DNA of 64,000 bases from positions 6,262,001-6,326,000 of the forward strand of contig OZ038378.1 in the NCBI GenBank assembly GCA_964036045.1. The letters run 5' to 3'. Origin of the DNA: Eutreptiella sp. 'Long Island Sound 2002'. Lineage: Eukaryota > Protista > Euglenida. A model generated the notes under the pieces. That model was not told where the DNA came from. It searched no databases and saw nothing but the letters and a program-made list of their open reading frames with translations. The position numbers were made by a program, and so were the translations under genes. Shown here in pieces: positions 23,971-38,225 of this stretch. Numbering within the stretch: the stretch's first letter is position 1; every line of letters starts with the position of its first letter.

Positions 23971-26395
23971 GTACGCCCACTCAAGCTGAAGCTCAGCGCC
24001 ACACCTCTTTGCAAGTGCTATCCGCTGCTGCCGGTCGCTGCTTTCTGGGTACTCCTGTTACAGCTTGTCCCACGGATGCCTGCACTTTGACTTGTGGGCT
24101 TGTGGATGGGGTTCAAATTTTCTAGGTCACCACCCAAAGCGCATTAACACAGAAGTCCTGAGTCACTCAATGCTGTGTGCAGGGGCAGGATATCTGCTTA
24201 AGCTGTCACATGGATGCAAAGTGCGGTTGTGTAGAAAGCGCGATCTCCCCACATCGAAGGTGGGCGTTGAGGCACAGGGTTAAAGGTGGCGCAATGACGC
24301 CTGGCATTTTGCTTATCAGGCTCCTGTTTTGGTACTCTTAAGCTTTGCGATATTCAAAGGTGGCGGTACGAATGCCCCGGCACCTATGATCGAACGTTGT
24401 CATTGAATCTTTATCCACCGAAGCGCCCTCTGACCACTTGTTTGGTGACCTGGGGTGTGCTTGTGGAGCTTTGATTTTTATGAAGGACCCTGCAGGCTGG
24501 CAGCCAGCCACCAGCCGCGGGTGATCCACGCCAATCGCCGGCGGTTAACCACCAACTCCCAACAAGTAATGCAAACGCTGTTCATTGAGCACTGACTGGT
24601 ACCAACTGCTGTTCATGGAATGCTATTTGTCATCAGGTCGTGCTACGTGGTGTTTGTCACCGGCCAAGTGCCGTCGTTGATGGCTGCGGTGCTGTCAGTT
24701 GGCTGCCGCACCATGTGACATTTCTGGGAGGCGCACTGCAGCAGTCCCGCCCCCCCCCCCCCCTTCATCACGGATGGTCCTGTTAGTGACTGCTTGCTCC
24801 ACGGAGAGCCCTTCCATGCTAGCAGCCTGACTGTGTGGATGGAAAGAGCCGCACCACCCCCTGCCAACGTACCACTGAGAGACGCCCTATCCCACACCTC
24901 ACTGGCCATGCATCATGGATCATCCCCTATGGCATCAAGGGCAGCCGGTACGTGCAAGTGCATGCACGTTTTCATGTTAGGTTAGACGTGTCCGCTGTGG
25001 ATGGAACTCCCGGCAGACCGACCTTGTTTGACACAGCCGTTCACCCGGAGCTCCAGGACCCGGTCCACTGGGAGGCACAGGGCTGTGGCACATTTGTTTT
25101 CATTTGTTTTTGCGTTCGGAAGCCTCCAAGGGGAAGGGGTGTAGATGGGGCCAAGGTCCGTACCAAGGAACAGCCCCGTGGTAGGCACTGTGGAGGTTTC
25201 ATCAGAAACTTCAATTCCTGCACCAAAGCGGAAAAATTGGTTGTGATGCGTGTTTGTGAAGGCGGTGGCAAGTCCTAGCGTCGAGGTGTTCGTGGGGGCT
25301 CGGGTCATTGTGTCATTTCGCCGCAGGACATTTCTTTCCCCATCTCTGTTTGTGTCCACAGGCGGCAAATGGCACAGACCTGGCATTGGTGATCTTCTCT
25401 CACTCAGGTGTCTCCCTCCCTCTGTGTCTCATGGGCGTCGCATATGCCACACCGGACATACACTGGGGCGAATCCATGGAGTTCTTTGTTGGGTTGCAAT
25501 CGGACCTGGGTGGCACGATTTCGGTTCAGGATTTCTAGACAGCGGTTGGCGGATATTTTGGGACACAAGTCCCATATGTCTGCACGAGGCCATCTTCCAA
25601 CCACTGGTTTCAGTTTTAAACACCTAATTTTAAAGCCTTGCATTTGGAGACCGTCACTCTTGGTCGAGTTGCTACTCTGAGCCTTGAGGGTGGAACCAGG
25701 GAACAGTCGTGTGCGATGAGGTTGTGCGGCTGGCTTTGGGAACATGCTGTGGTAGTACTTGAAGGATGGGCTAGAAACACACCTCTTCTTTCTGAGTGAC
25801 TGTGCCTGTGCCTCCCTATCCTCTTTCCGTTCTTTCCATATCCTTCACAACCATTCCGCCGCCTATGGAGGGAAAGGATCCAAGGGAAATGGCGAGAGGC
25901 CAATAGGCGCCACCAGCTGCAGACAGCAACACAATCAAGAGTCATGCCAAATCTCCCATTCTTCTCCCCTCCCCTCCCTTGCAATGAGCACTCCCTCTTT
26001 GGCCCTCAATCCACATGGATACTTGGGGCCCCTTTTTGTGACCACGCTTCGGGGTCCATGGTGCTTGCCTTTCCGCTACCGCTTGTGCCGTTGCCACTCT
26101 CGGTGTCATTGTTGCACTTGTGGCTTTTCTTTTCCACATGTGCTCCTCCCGCTTCCAACCACCGGGCCCAGCAATTTTTTGCTTCCCTTCTCCGCGCAAC
26201 ACCCTTCCTCCGTCCTATCACTACCACCAGCACGTCCTCCTGCTCCCTGCGCACCGGGTGTGGTTGGATGTCCCACAAGCCTCAATGTGCTCATGATATT
26301 GGTGCACCTCTCTTGGCTTCTTTATCCAAATTGCTGCACACTCCGCTACTCATTGGAAGAGAGGGGAGGGGAGAGGAATGGGGGGAGGGCTTACA

Positions 26396-26523
<128 letters not shown>

Positions 26524-28434
26524 TGGGGCTTTGCCACTGCTTCAAAAGGACCCCTTTGATCACGTCATGAGTGGGTCGCCCATTTGGGGAACGCTGTCTC
26601 TACAAGTGCACAAGTGTCCATCTGCCTCTCACCGCCTTGTGCCCTCCCTCTCCCTACCTCGCCTACCCTGACCTCCCTGGTCCCCCTTTTCTTTCCCTTG
26701 GGAGGTTGTGCCGACGAAGCCCCCGGACTGTCCCTGTTTCACTGCTCGCTCGTTTCGCTGCTCTGTGTCGGGACCACAAAGTCCACGGCAGTTGCCCTAG
26801 CCGTTGGCCAGGTGCGCCCACGTGCACACCCCATGCCGGTGGTGGGGGACCCCTCCCCAACGGTGGCTTTTGGGCCCTAGGATGTCCACTCGCGGGTTCG
26901 CTTCCTTGACAGGGGCACATAACAACCTTCCACCGTTCCATTCCCGCACTCAGTCCTCCTTGTGGCAAGCGCATCATGTGCCCCCCCCCCCCACTTGTTC
27001 TCGTGGTGTGTGTATTGTGTGTGTCCCTCCCTCGCATGGCATGGGTGCCACCCCGGGTGGTGGGTGGGGGGTGGTGTATATCGATGGGTGGGGATGTGTT
27101 GGGTGGGTGGTGATGGTGTGGTGGTAGCAGTTGCAGGTTGGGACCTTGCATTTGTTGGCCCACCTCCTCCAACATTCGCCAAGATACTATGGAGTGTGTC
27201 CACATAAGAGATATTCCTTGCTCTCAGGCTTCACCCATTCGGTTGGCTTGCCACTGTTCCATAAGGTGTCCGAAGGTGTTTGAGCCTTCTACCTCCCAAG
27301 CAATGCTATGCTTGGCCGGGTTCCAAGTTCATGGGAACAAACCTTAGCCACGGCCTCCTATCAGTGATGTTGTTGAATGTGCCAATTGGTTTGTTTGACC
27401 AAGGGAACAAGGCATAGCACACACACAAGCAGACAGCAAACAATAAAGCATCAATTTGCCGGCACAGGTCGCATTGACATATGTCGCATAGGGTTGTTGA
27501 AGCCATGAAATGGATCTTGGGTGGGTGTGTTTGCCATTGTTAAAAGAAAAAAAATTCTGTTGACACACACAAGAATAACTTGAAATATACATAAACAAGT
27601 CTGTGTGGGGCTGCAGTATGGGTCAAACTCTGGTTTGCTTATGGCAAACTTGGCTTTGACTAAGAGAGCAAAAGAGAGCACACACAAAAGTAGGCAGTAA
27701 ATCAATCAAGCATCAGTATGCTGACAAGGGTCGGAAAAAGATTGAACGACCTCCAATTGATACCCCCCCCACACACACGTACCTCGCACCCACCCGGGCG
27801 TACCCAAGAAAACATGCCCTACGTACCACACTCACCGTTATGACCAAAAAAATAAAGAATGTTGCAAAAAAAAGCTAACCTCGTAGTCATTAGCAAAAAG
27901 GGGTGCCATTCAGGTGGGTTGTTGTGTTGCGCAAAAAAAAAAAAGTAGGATGTCGGATGCAAATACGAGCCACACATAAAGATATAACACAAAAACACAT
28001 GCACACCCACTTACAAAACCTCCCCTATTGGTTGGAGGTCACCACTCTTACTTGGTAGACCTCATTGGATCCCATTAAATACATATTGGTCCCCGTTGCT
28101 GGCTAGTCTAGTGTCCAACCCCTCTTCCTTGAAAAGTCCAAGATCTTGTCCCCCTACATGGTGCGCATGTGGTGTGTGTGCCACCCAAACCTTTCTTGGA
28201 AGGTGTTGTAGCGAGCGCTATGTGACCTTGTTTGTGGTGGTGCGCTCCCTCCATGTGGGTTACACCTATTACGCTTCTATCCGCCGGAGGTCATGTTCTT
28301 CTTGTCCCCCATAAGGAGGACCAAAATTGATCCTCTTCAGCCGGCGATGCACATGTCTCCTTGCACCCCCTCTGTGGTGCCTTGCCCCTCCATTCCTCTA
28401 GGTCCACAAAAGTTAGACTTGATGTGGGGTTGAA

Positions 28435-29248
28435 CTAGAAATTGGGCGGGTCTGCTCTCGGCCTTGGCGGTACCCTCCTTTCCGCTTTTTTCCATGCTTC
28501 ATAGCTAGCATTTAATCCCTTTAAGAGTTGGGTCGCCTTGGCCGCATTGTTCCTCTTCTTGTGTGTGTGTAATTGCAACACCCACTTCTTGTACAATGCT
28601 TTTACCTTTTCCTCGGTGGCTGCATTGCCCACTCCCAACTGTTCTGAAAAGTCCCATCTTCCAAAGTGTGGGGACATTACCTCCAGTTCCGCTAGACCAC
28701 TTTCTTTTTGTACACTCTTACTCGTTGCAACCCTCCCACCAATAGTAACTGCACTTTGTCCTTGTGGTTCTCCACTCCCCTTTACGCTTCCAATGCCTGG
28801 TGCATCATCCCTACAAGCCTCACCCCAATCCCTCTTCTTGTGGGGTGTTGCTTCCTTCGTGTTCCCTGCCTTCTTGCTCTTTGTGCTGCTCCTCACCTTG
28901 GGCCTTGGCCTTGTTTTTGCCTCCTTTGTTGCTACTCGCTCTTGCCTCCTACAACCATTTGGCTGGTCCCGCTTTTCTGCAGCCGCATTGGAACACGGGG
29001 CGGGCGGGGCGGGCGGGCGGGGCGGGCGGGCGGGGCGGGCGGGGTGGGCGAGCGGGGCGGGCGGGCGGGGCGGGCAGGCGGGGCGGGCGGGCGGGCGGGC
29101 GGGCGGGCGGGCGGGGCGGGCGGGCGGGCGGGGCGGGGCGGGCGGGTGGGGCGGGCGGGCGGGTGGGGCGGGCGGGGCGGGAGGGCGGGCGGGGCGAACA
29201 CAGCCCAAAGCAAGCACCCCAAAGGCACAAAATCATTTTAAAGCGCAT
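28435..29248 (-). pseudogene. J-like (DnaJ-fold, HPD replaced by HTH) domain ORF interrupted by a (GGGC)n insertion
   Basis: DFSEQLGVGNAATEEKVKALYKKWVLQLHTHK..AAKATQLLKGLNASYE aligns by eye with the J-domain consensus (YEVLGV..A..EEIKKAYRKLAL.YHPDK...F.EINEAYE). Confidence 0.6.
28997..29195 (+). repeat. (GGGC/GGGGC)n G-rich microsatellite flanked by GAACAC direct repeats
   Basis: GAACAC at 28991-28996 and 29196-29201. Confidence 0.9.
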
Positions 29249-30616
29249 GTCCTGAATTTTTTTGCAGGATTGCGTTCTTTGGGTGACCTTGCAAATTCCA
29301 ACCATTACCCTGGTTTACCTACATTGCTGGTTGGTTGCCACACCCTAACACCCTTCATGCCATGGCTCCATTGCCTTGCATGTGCTGGAGTATCCAAGAT
29401 GGTCTTGGGGTCCTATGTGCTCCAGCTAATTCCAATAGAAATGGGGGTTGGATGGTATTGGGGCAACTGTGAGTAACCACGTGAGTACATAGGTAAAGAT
29501 TGAAGAATGTTGTTGATCCTATTATTGCACAGTGCTCACAGTTACAACTTTTTGAAAATGATTTACTTTTTTCTGTTTTGGAAGAGTGATGCCCCATTTT
29601 AGTGTCCGCAAGCACTTATTCAATTCTCTATCCCGCAGTCCTCATGTGTTACCCATTGGTGATGCGCTTAGACAACAAAATCGAGGACAAGTAATGCTCT
29701 GCCTGAAAGGGACATCGCCGAGGGGTGGAAGCCTCGGAGGCAGTGCCTCCCACCCACACTGAAATCGTCAAAACCGAGAATTGATATGCATTTCATAGAC
29801 CAGGGCTCTTCTTAAAAGCATTAGGGAGACGGCACTGGACTCTGTCCAGCCAGGGCTCCAGGAAACCGCCGACCGACCCCAGGTGGTCGTTGATCAATCA
29901 CCGCCGAGAGACTCCGGTCAGTCGGGAGGTTCGAGCCAGGATCGTCCCTCACCCCCAGGCAGCCCTTTTCTGCATCCTGCCCCAGACCCTTTGTGCTTAT
30001 GTCGACTGTCCAGTGCCCTTGCTCCACCTGCCTTGTGGCATTGTGCAGCCTGCTCCGTGCCCACCTTCCGGCTGGTCACCACCGATGGCTGTTCTGATTT
30101 GGAAGGTACGTTTACGATGAGTTTACAGCGTTGACGGTGTTTCGGTGTCGTGACGCATTTTCTGCTCGTCCTCCTGCTGTTGCTCATGAGTGTGTAAGCG
30201 ACGTGCACCGTCATGTTGTGATTCCTGGCACGGCATGAGGGCGACACCAGGAGCAGGACAGAGGAGATGGAGAAGGAGACGGCGTGAGGGATTCGAGTAA
30301 ATTGGAGGGGGTCGTTTTGGCCGGTGCATACAGTCACAGACGCACAACCCACTCTGCAAAGGCTGGGACCGTACGCACTCTTCCTCATCCAATCTTGTGC
30401 GACCGGTCGTAAACAGGCAACGTCGCATCCTCGCCCACTTCTCTCTGCAGACCATAGCCCCGTCACGGAGGCACTGAACATGTACAATTTGCAGCGCTCT
30501 GGAGTTGAAGTTCACCTCCCTAAGAATGCTGGCGGTGTGCAGTGCTGTCCGGGATGAAGACCTGTCCCGCGGATGCACCCCCTCCCCGGGTGCCCCCTTA
30601 CATCCCCATCCGAGGC

Positions 30617-31030
30617 GGGTTTATGGGGCTTGTAACGGGTTTGTAGCAGGTTTATGGGGCTTGTAAGGGGTTTGTAACGGGTTTATGGGGCTTGTAACGG
30701 GTTTGTAACGGGTTTATGGGGCTTGTAACGGGTTTGTAGCAGGTTTATGGGGCTTGTAAGGGGCTTGTAACGGGTTTGTAGCAGGTTTATGGGGCTTGTA
30801 AGGGGTTTGTAACGGGTTTGTAGCAGGTTTATGGGGCTTGTAAGGGGTTTGTAACGGGTTTATGGGGCTTGTAACGGGTTTGTAACGGGTTTATGGGGCT
30901 TGTAACGGGTTTGTAGCAGGTTTATGGGGCTTGTAAGGGGCTTGTAACGGGTTTGTAGCAGGTTTATGGGGCTTGTAAGGGGTTTGTAACGGGTTTATGG
31001 GGCTTGTAACGGGTTTGTAACGGGTTTATG
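30617..31030 (+). repeat. Compound minisatellite of 9-mer RGGTTTATG and 11-mer GGGYTTGTARS units
   Basis: Parses as GGGTTTATG / GGGCTTGTAAC / GGGTTTGTAGC / AGGTTTATG / GGGCTTGTAAG ... over about 410 bp. Confidence 0.9.
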
Positions 31031-31706
31031 GAGCTTCGCCTTGGGGTTTGAGCAGGCGGCAAACAGGCGCTGGAGCGCCCCTCATCCGACCCCCACCCCC
31101 ACCCCCACCCCCACCCCAGTGGCTTTCGTGGCAGTGAAGGGTGAACAGCATAATTTCCACTTCGCAGCCATCGAAAGTCAGAGGGCACACACAAAGAAGG
31201 GGTTTCCGCGCAGAAATGGGGCGCAAATCGCATCGGAGATGTTTTTAGCTCAATATCACGTGCACTTTGGGCCATGGGACATCTTTGCCTTTTTCAGGTT
31301 TGGTGGTGTGGGGGTTCAAGATTGGGTGACGGACCAATTCCAGAGAATCCGAACCCGCCAACCGGGGCATTCCCGATTCCGGCCACAGACCCCCCCTCAG
31401 GGCCTGATTTTGGACTGGTGCAGAACATGGGGGTTTCCGCAGGATGAAGGGGTGATGGGGGGCAGGGGGCTTAACCGGCGGCTGAAGGGACTCCCCATGC
31501 TTTCCCCAAAGCATGTGCCGGTCGCTTCACCTCAATTGGATCAACCAGCCCCGCAACCGGGGGCCAAGAGGCAGGAGTGAGGGTTTGAATGGATGTGTTG
31601 TGGTGGGGAATGGGGGGGCGCGTTTGCCCCCCCTGTCTTGTTAACGGAAGTGGGATTTGAAATGCTGAAGTGGGTTTGTGCGGTCTTCTGGGTCTGCTGG
31701 TCCTCC

Positions 31707-31878
31707 ATACATCCCCCTACATCCCCCTGCATCCCCCTACATCCCCCTGCATCCCCCTACATCCCCCTACATCCCCCTACATCCCCCTACATCCCCCTAC
31801 AGCCCCCTACATCCCCCTACATCCCCCTACATCCCCCTACATCCCCCTACATCCCCCTACAGCCCCCTACCTCCCCCT
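31707..31878 (+). repeat. 10-bp tandem repeat ATCCCCCTAC (about 17 copies)
   Basis: Near-perfect 10-nt period; variants ATCCCCCTGC and AGCCCCCTAC. Confidence 0.95.
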
Positions 31879-32805
31879 CAGTCCCTGAAAGTCCCTCCAA
31901 CTTCCCCTTAATTCCGCTAATTTCTAATGCCAGTGGTCCAGCCATCCCAATGCGTGCACCAACAGGGGCTTCGGCTTACAGTCCAGGTCCTTCGCCCCAC
32001 CCCACCCCAACATTGCCGCGGTTTCTCTTAGAAGCAGCAAGGCTTTGGTGGGTGTCGGTGGCGGTGGTTTTACAGGGGCTTATACCTTTGGCTGTATGTC
32101 TTACTCCCTTGGGCCAGGCCCCTTCTGCCACCCCCATTCCTCTGCAGAGGGCGGCGGCACATTGCCCGAGAAGTCTGCAAACCCCCGGTGGGACTCGCTG
32201 ACTCTGCGGACGCGGGTCAGCCAAATCGTCAATGAATGGTTCCAAGACTGTCGTGCACCGTACGCCAGTCGAGAAGGTGTGAGGGATGGGCCCAAGGCTG
32301 TGTGCTCGTGAAGCTTCAGCACCTTTTGGGTTGGGCTGGAAGGGCAGGGGGGATGGGGTTGTGAGCAGCCGGGAAGCCCTGTCTCGAGGGGGCTTTGACG
32401 CAATTATTGTAGAGCCAGCAGGGGTTGACGGGCTCATGGACAGTAGAGTCTTTATCATCCCCGTCCTCCTTGGCCAAGCAGCACCTCGTCTCATGGCGTT
32501 TTTCGAGCCACGGATCTGTGCCTGGACTGAAGAAGTTCTGCTTTGGTCCCATCACATGGTCAATGACATGGAAAGAATGGACGAAATGCTGAGCACATCG
32601 TAATCATGGTAGGCTGCATTTGCGGTGGTTGCAATGCATGTAAAAGAAAAGCAGTTCTAGAGTGTGTCGTGTTAGCATGCCACTTCCCCTTGAATGCAAT
32701 GCATTGTCGTGGATCTGTTGACTTAACCAGAAGTGTAAACATGCCCATGCAACCTCCAATCTTAGCATCAGTCTCGCAGTTTTCTGCCGTCTTGTGTCCT
32801 CGCAG

Positions 32806-33665
<860 letters not shown>

Positions 33666-34189
33666 GTATGCGTCGGAGTGTGTGGACAACGGGCTGTGTT
33701 GCTGCTCATGTCTGTGCTCTCATATTGCGTGCGCGGTGTGTGTGGGCGTGTTTGTGTGTGTGCGTGCCCCGGGGGGGGGGGGGGGGGTCGCCGGGCCCGG
33801 GTCCTTTACGCCGACCCCCCCCCCCCCCCAGCCTGGAAATTGGCACCGAAGTGCCGGACCATCAGCGCCAAAGGCGCCCTAGGCAAATTTGCTTGAACCA
33901 CTAGAGGGTCAAAAAATGGGTTTTCACCCTATGTGTCTATACTCAGTTTTTTCAGGAGAACCCAATGATGGATGAAAACCAATTTGGACCAAATATCAAT
34001 ACCACCCCTGTGCAAAGGTATGTCAGGGATGGCCCATACCCTAGTGGGTGAAGCAGTGCCTTTGCTCTTAGGTCATGGGTCCAATCCCCAATGGGGGCAA
34101 TCTGCAAGACCCACACAGGGTCAGGGACAAGATGGAAAGTTTTTTCTTTGTTTTTTTTTGTTTTTCCTTGTGCTTTGATGTTGTCCCCT

Positions 34190-34620
34190 TTGTTGGGGAT
34201 CCCCGAGAATGCAGGTGTTATGTAGCATTTCCGCCCACTTGTGGCCCCCCAGAAAGCAGGGCTTAGGCAGCCAATTCTGATTTTGTCCCCCTTTATTTGG
34301 GGATCCCCGAGAATGCAGGGGTTATGTAGCATTTCCGCCCACTTGTGGGCCTCCCCGAAGGCAAGGGTTAGGCAGCCAATTCTGATTTTATCCCCGTTTG
34401 TTTGGGGATCCCCGAGAATGCAGGGGTTACGTAGCATTTCCGCCCACTTATGGGCCAATTCTGTTTTTGTCCCCCTTTGTTTGGGGATCCCTGAGAATGC
34501 AGGGGTTGTGTAGCATTTCCGCCCATTTGTGGGCCAATTCTGATTTTGTCCCCCTTTATTTGGGGATCCCCGAGAATGCAGGGGTTATGTAACAGTTCTG
34601 CCCACTTGTGGGCCAATTCT
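34190..34620 (+). repeat. Tandem repeat, 79-105-bp units (GGGGATCCCCGAGAATGCAGG core)
   Basis: Cores at 34195, 34299, 34404, 34483 and 34562. Confidence 0.9.
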
Positions 34621-37009
34621 GAATTGCCCCCAATGCGCAAGCACGGTTTGGTTGTATAGTGTGGCTGCGCACTTTGAGACTGCCCATCCCCATGCTCCCA
34701 TTCCACATCCCTGAGGAGGAGGAAGCATGTGTCCGCAAATGGGACATTGGTGCCTCGAAGGACAGCGCAAAGAAGCAAAAAGTGGTTGACACGCCTACTC
34801 CTTCCACGACACCTTTCACCAACAATGCTACCACTAACAATAGCTCTTCCTCCTCCTCCTCCTCCTCCTCCCACTCCACACGACCTACAACATCTCATAC
34901 CCCAACAATGCCACCTTCTGAATCGGAGGCCACTACAGAGGGGGATTGTCGGACACGGCCATTGAAGTCCACCGGGAAGCGGGCCAAAGATCGCAAGTGG
35001 CGGGACGCTCTGCTTGAGGCCACACAAAAAAGAGCCCGTCCAACAAGCGATGTGTCCAGTAAAGAGGAGGACTACTTTGATCGTCCCCCGGACCAACGCT
35101 ATTAGGCCTCCTTCCTTTACCTCCTTCAACTCGACCACTTCCATCACCCATGTTTCGGGACCCCAAGGAGGAGCACCCCACGAAGGGCACGCGACGCGTT
35201 CCTGCACACGATGCACCACTGTTGTATGTGCGCACGTTGTGGGCACGTAGTGCGCGGAGAGAACCTTTTTTTTGGAAAAAGACGTAGTGCACGTGGTGCA
35301 GACCCCCTCCCCTCCCCGTGCTCCTCCAAAGGGTTTCGAAACATACACCAACTCTGCCTTGAAAACAGCATGGTTCAGCTTGGGTGGGGCGCCACTAGCA
35401 ATAGTGGCCGAGAATTGACTCGGGGGTGCTATGCCCTTAAACAAAAGTACCACCTACCATGCCCCCCCCCCCCCCCTTGTTGCAATTTTTTTTGCTTCTA
35501 CATCTGTACCTCAAACTAATCAGCGCGATGAGGCGGCCATTTCACACCATATATGTAGGGGTCTGGAGCCCCCCCGCCCCCTCTAGCCAGCCCCCTACCC
35601 CCCCCCCCCCAGACCCCCCCCGCCGTGAAAGTGGCACCAAATCGGGAAGGAGTCGGCGTATGGCCCATTGTCCCGACCCCCCCGGGGTGCGTGCGCGCAC
35701 GTGTGTGTGTGCGTGCGCGTGTTTGTGCGACTGGCACCACTGTGGGTGTCCCAGCCACGGGGGGGCTGCCAGGCCCGGTCCTTGTATGCGACACCCCCCA
35801 GCCCCCCCCTCCCCCTCCCCCCCCCCCCCAGGTTTTGAGAGATAGTGGTGGCGGGGCCATGGCGCCAACGGCGCCGAAGTCTTTTTGTGCATGCTTCCCT
35901 TTCATCAAACCATCCATGTTTTGAGCGCCAGATTAGCAAGACGAGGCGCGAAACAAATGTCGTTTGTTGTGAAGTGAAGATCACCACAACCTCTGTGGAC
36001 ACACCTGCCCATCTGCGGCCCCTGCTTCACAACAGCCACCAGCAGCTTCCCCAAACCCGCCCCAGACACACATCCCCCCTTGAGGTATGCATGTGGTAGT
36101 AGTGGGTCGCGCGTAGGCCCCCCCACCTTGGGAACACCCCCCCCCCCACGGCCGAACCCCCCCCCCCCCCCCACACACACACCCTCTAGCCGCCCCCCCC
36201 ACTGCCCCCCCCCCCCCAAGTTTTGACAGATAGCTGGGGGGGTGTCGCATCAGGACCGGTTGTAGTCGCCCCCCCCCCCCCCCCGTGGTCCCAGCTGTCT
36301 TGCCCCTGTTGAGGGTGGTTGACACGGGGGGCTTTGTTACCCAGTGGTTCACTGTCAGCCCATCCCTGAGTAGCTTCAGGAGATGGTGGGGCCGCCCCAG
36401 GCAGTGCCATAGTTGTCGGCTTGCTACTGTGGGGTTGCAGGGAGCTGGAGATGAAAGGGCACACAGGAGGCAGTGAAGTGTGGTGGCAGTGATCAAGGAG
36501 ACCGCAGGCCCTGGGCAGTGGCTGCAGTTGGCAGTACTTAGCACTTAGCCTAGTGGAGACCGCAGGCCCTGGGCAGCAGGTGCAGTTTGTGGTGCCCAGC
36601 AGTGCACGGTGGGGGTGATGTCTTGTCTTGTTGCTTGTCTTGTCTTGATGCCTTGCTGTCTTGTCTCTTACCACAGGACAACATCAGCGTTAAAGTTAAT
36701 AACAAGGGGCTCCTTTCTCCCCTCCACACACACACAACACACACACACACACACACCCTCCCACACACACACCCTCCCACACACACGCACACCCACACAC
36801 ACCCCGGCACACCCTCCCACACACACACACACCACACACACATACCACACCTGATAAATGCAATTAGGTTCTGTAGAAACATGGGGTACTGCTAGAGGCT
36901 GTTTTTTTTGGGGGGGGGGGCACTGCTCAAACAAGAAAGTGTTTGCAAGGAAAGCCACTTTTTTGCCGCTCAAACCTCATGAGCAACCTTTCCGCTCGAA
37001 AATGTACCA

Positions 37010-38225
37010 AGGGGAGTGGGGTTCCTTTAGTACACTGCCGCACTGCAGCGGGTAGGGGGCAGTTGGTCTCCTACTGTACACCTCTCTAATGCAAGGGGCC
37101 GTTGGCAGTGGGCATCTTCCAATGCACTGTTGCACTCTAGGAGGCAGTGGGCATTCTTTAGTATCACAAGGGGCATTGGGCAATGGGGTTCCTTAAGGAC
37201 ATTGCCGCACTGCCAAAGGGCAAGGGGCCTCCTTCACTACCTTGCTGCACCGCAAGGGGCAGTGGGCAGTGGGGCTCCTTTAGCGTACCACCGCATTGTA
37301 GGGGGGAGTGGGCATTGGGGCTCCTTGAGTACACTGCCGCACTGCAGTGGGAGGCAAGCAATGGGGCTCCTTCAGTACATTGCCGCATTGTAAAGGGTAG
37401 TGGGCAAGGAGCCTCCTTCACTACACCGCTGCACCATAGGGGTTAGTGGGTAGTCGGGCTCCTTCTCTACACTACTGTATTGTAGGGGGCCGTGCGCATT
37501 GGGGCTCCTTCATTACATGGCCACATTGCGGGGGGCCATGGGCAATGGGTTTCCAATAGTATAATTACCGCAGTGATGGGGTTGTGGGCACGGGGTATCT
37601 TATAGCTCACTACCGTACTTCACGGGGTAGTGGGCAGTGGACACCCATCAGTCTACGGTTGTATTGCAAGGGGTGTGGGTATATCTTGTAGTACATTGCC
37701 ACACTACAAGGTGTAGTGGGCGGTGGGTCTCCTTAAATAAAATATCCAGTTGCAGTATAAAGGGGCCTCCCACAGTAGATTGCCGCACTGTAGGCGCAAG
37801 GGGCCAGGGGGCAATGTGTATTCTTCCGCACACCGCCGTGGCCCAGCCATCCTGGGGTTGAGTGGCTTGTAGCCTTGTGGTAACTAACAGAGCACCAACG
37901 TGGGGTTCCTTAGCACAAGAGGCTACTCGCATGGCAGAGTCATAGTGCAGTGGGTTGTGGGTATACTTGAGTATATTGCCGCACCGCAAGGGGTAGTGGG
38001 TAATGGGTCTCGTTCAGTACATTTTAGCACTACAAGAGGATGTGGGTAGCGGGTCTCCTTATATTCATTGCTGCACTACAATAGGAAGTGGGCAGTGGGG
38101 CTCTTTGAGCACAACACCGCACCGCAGCAGAGAATGGGTAGTTGGCCTCGTTCACGACACCGCTACATTGCATGGGGCACTGGGCATTTAGGCACCTTTC
38201 CTACACTGCCGCACTGTAGGGTCTA
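37010..38225 (+). repeat. Degenerate satellite, about 46-bp unit
   Basis: GTGGGCARTGGGGCTCCTTYAGTACAYTGCCGCACTG-like unit; CTCCTT recurs about every 46 bp. Confidence 0.85.

Noticed and set aside
25787-25800. Euglenid spliced-leader match (CTTTCTGAGTG)
   Set aside because: Only an 11-nt match, with no GT donor or SL RNA body following; expected by chance.
28538-29476. Gly/Arg-rich ORFs (312, 177 and 163 aa)
   Set aside because: They are kept open by the stop-free (GGGC)n tract; there is no domain signal outside the J-like frame.
34368-35453. 361-aa minus-strand ORF
   Set aside because: It spans tandem repeats and low-complexity runs; no motif or codon bias is recognisable.
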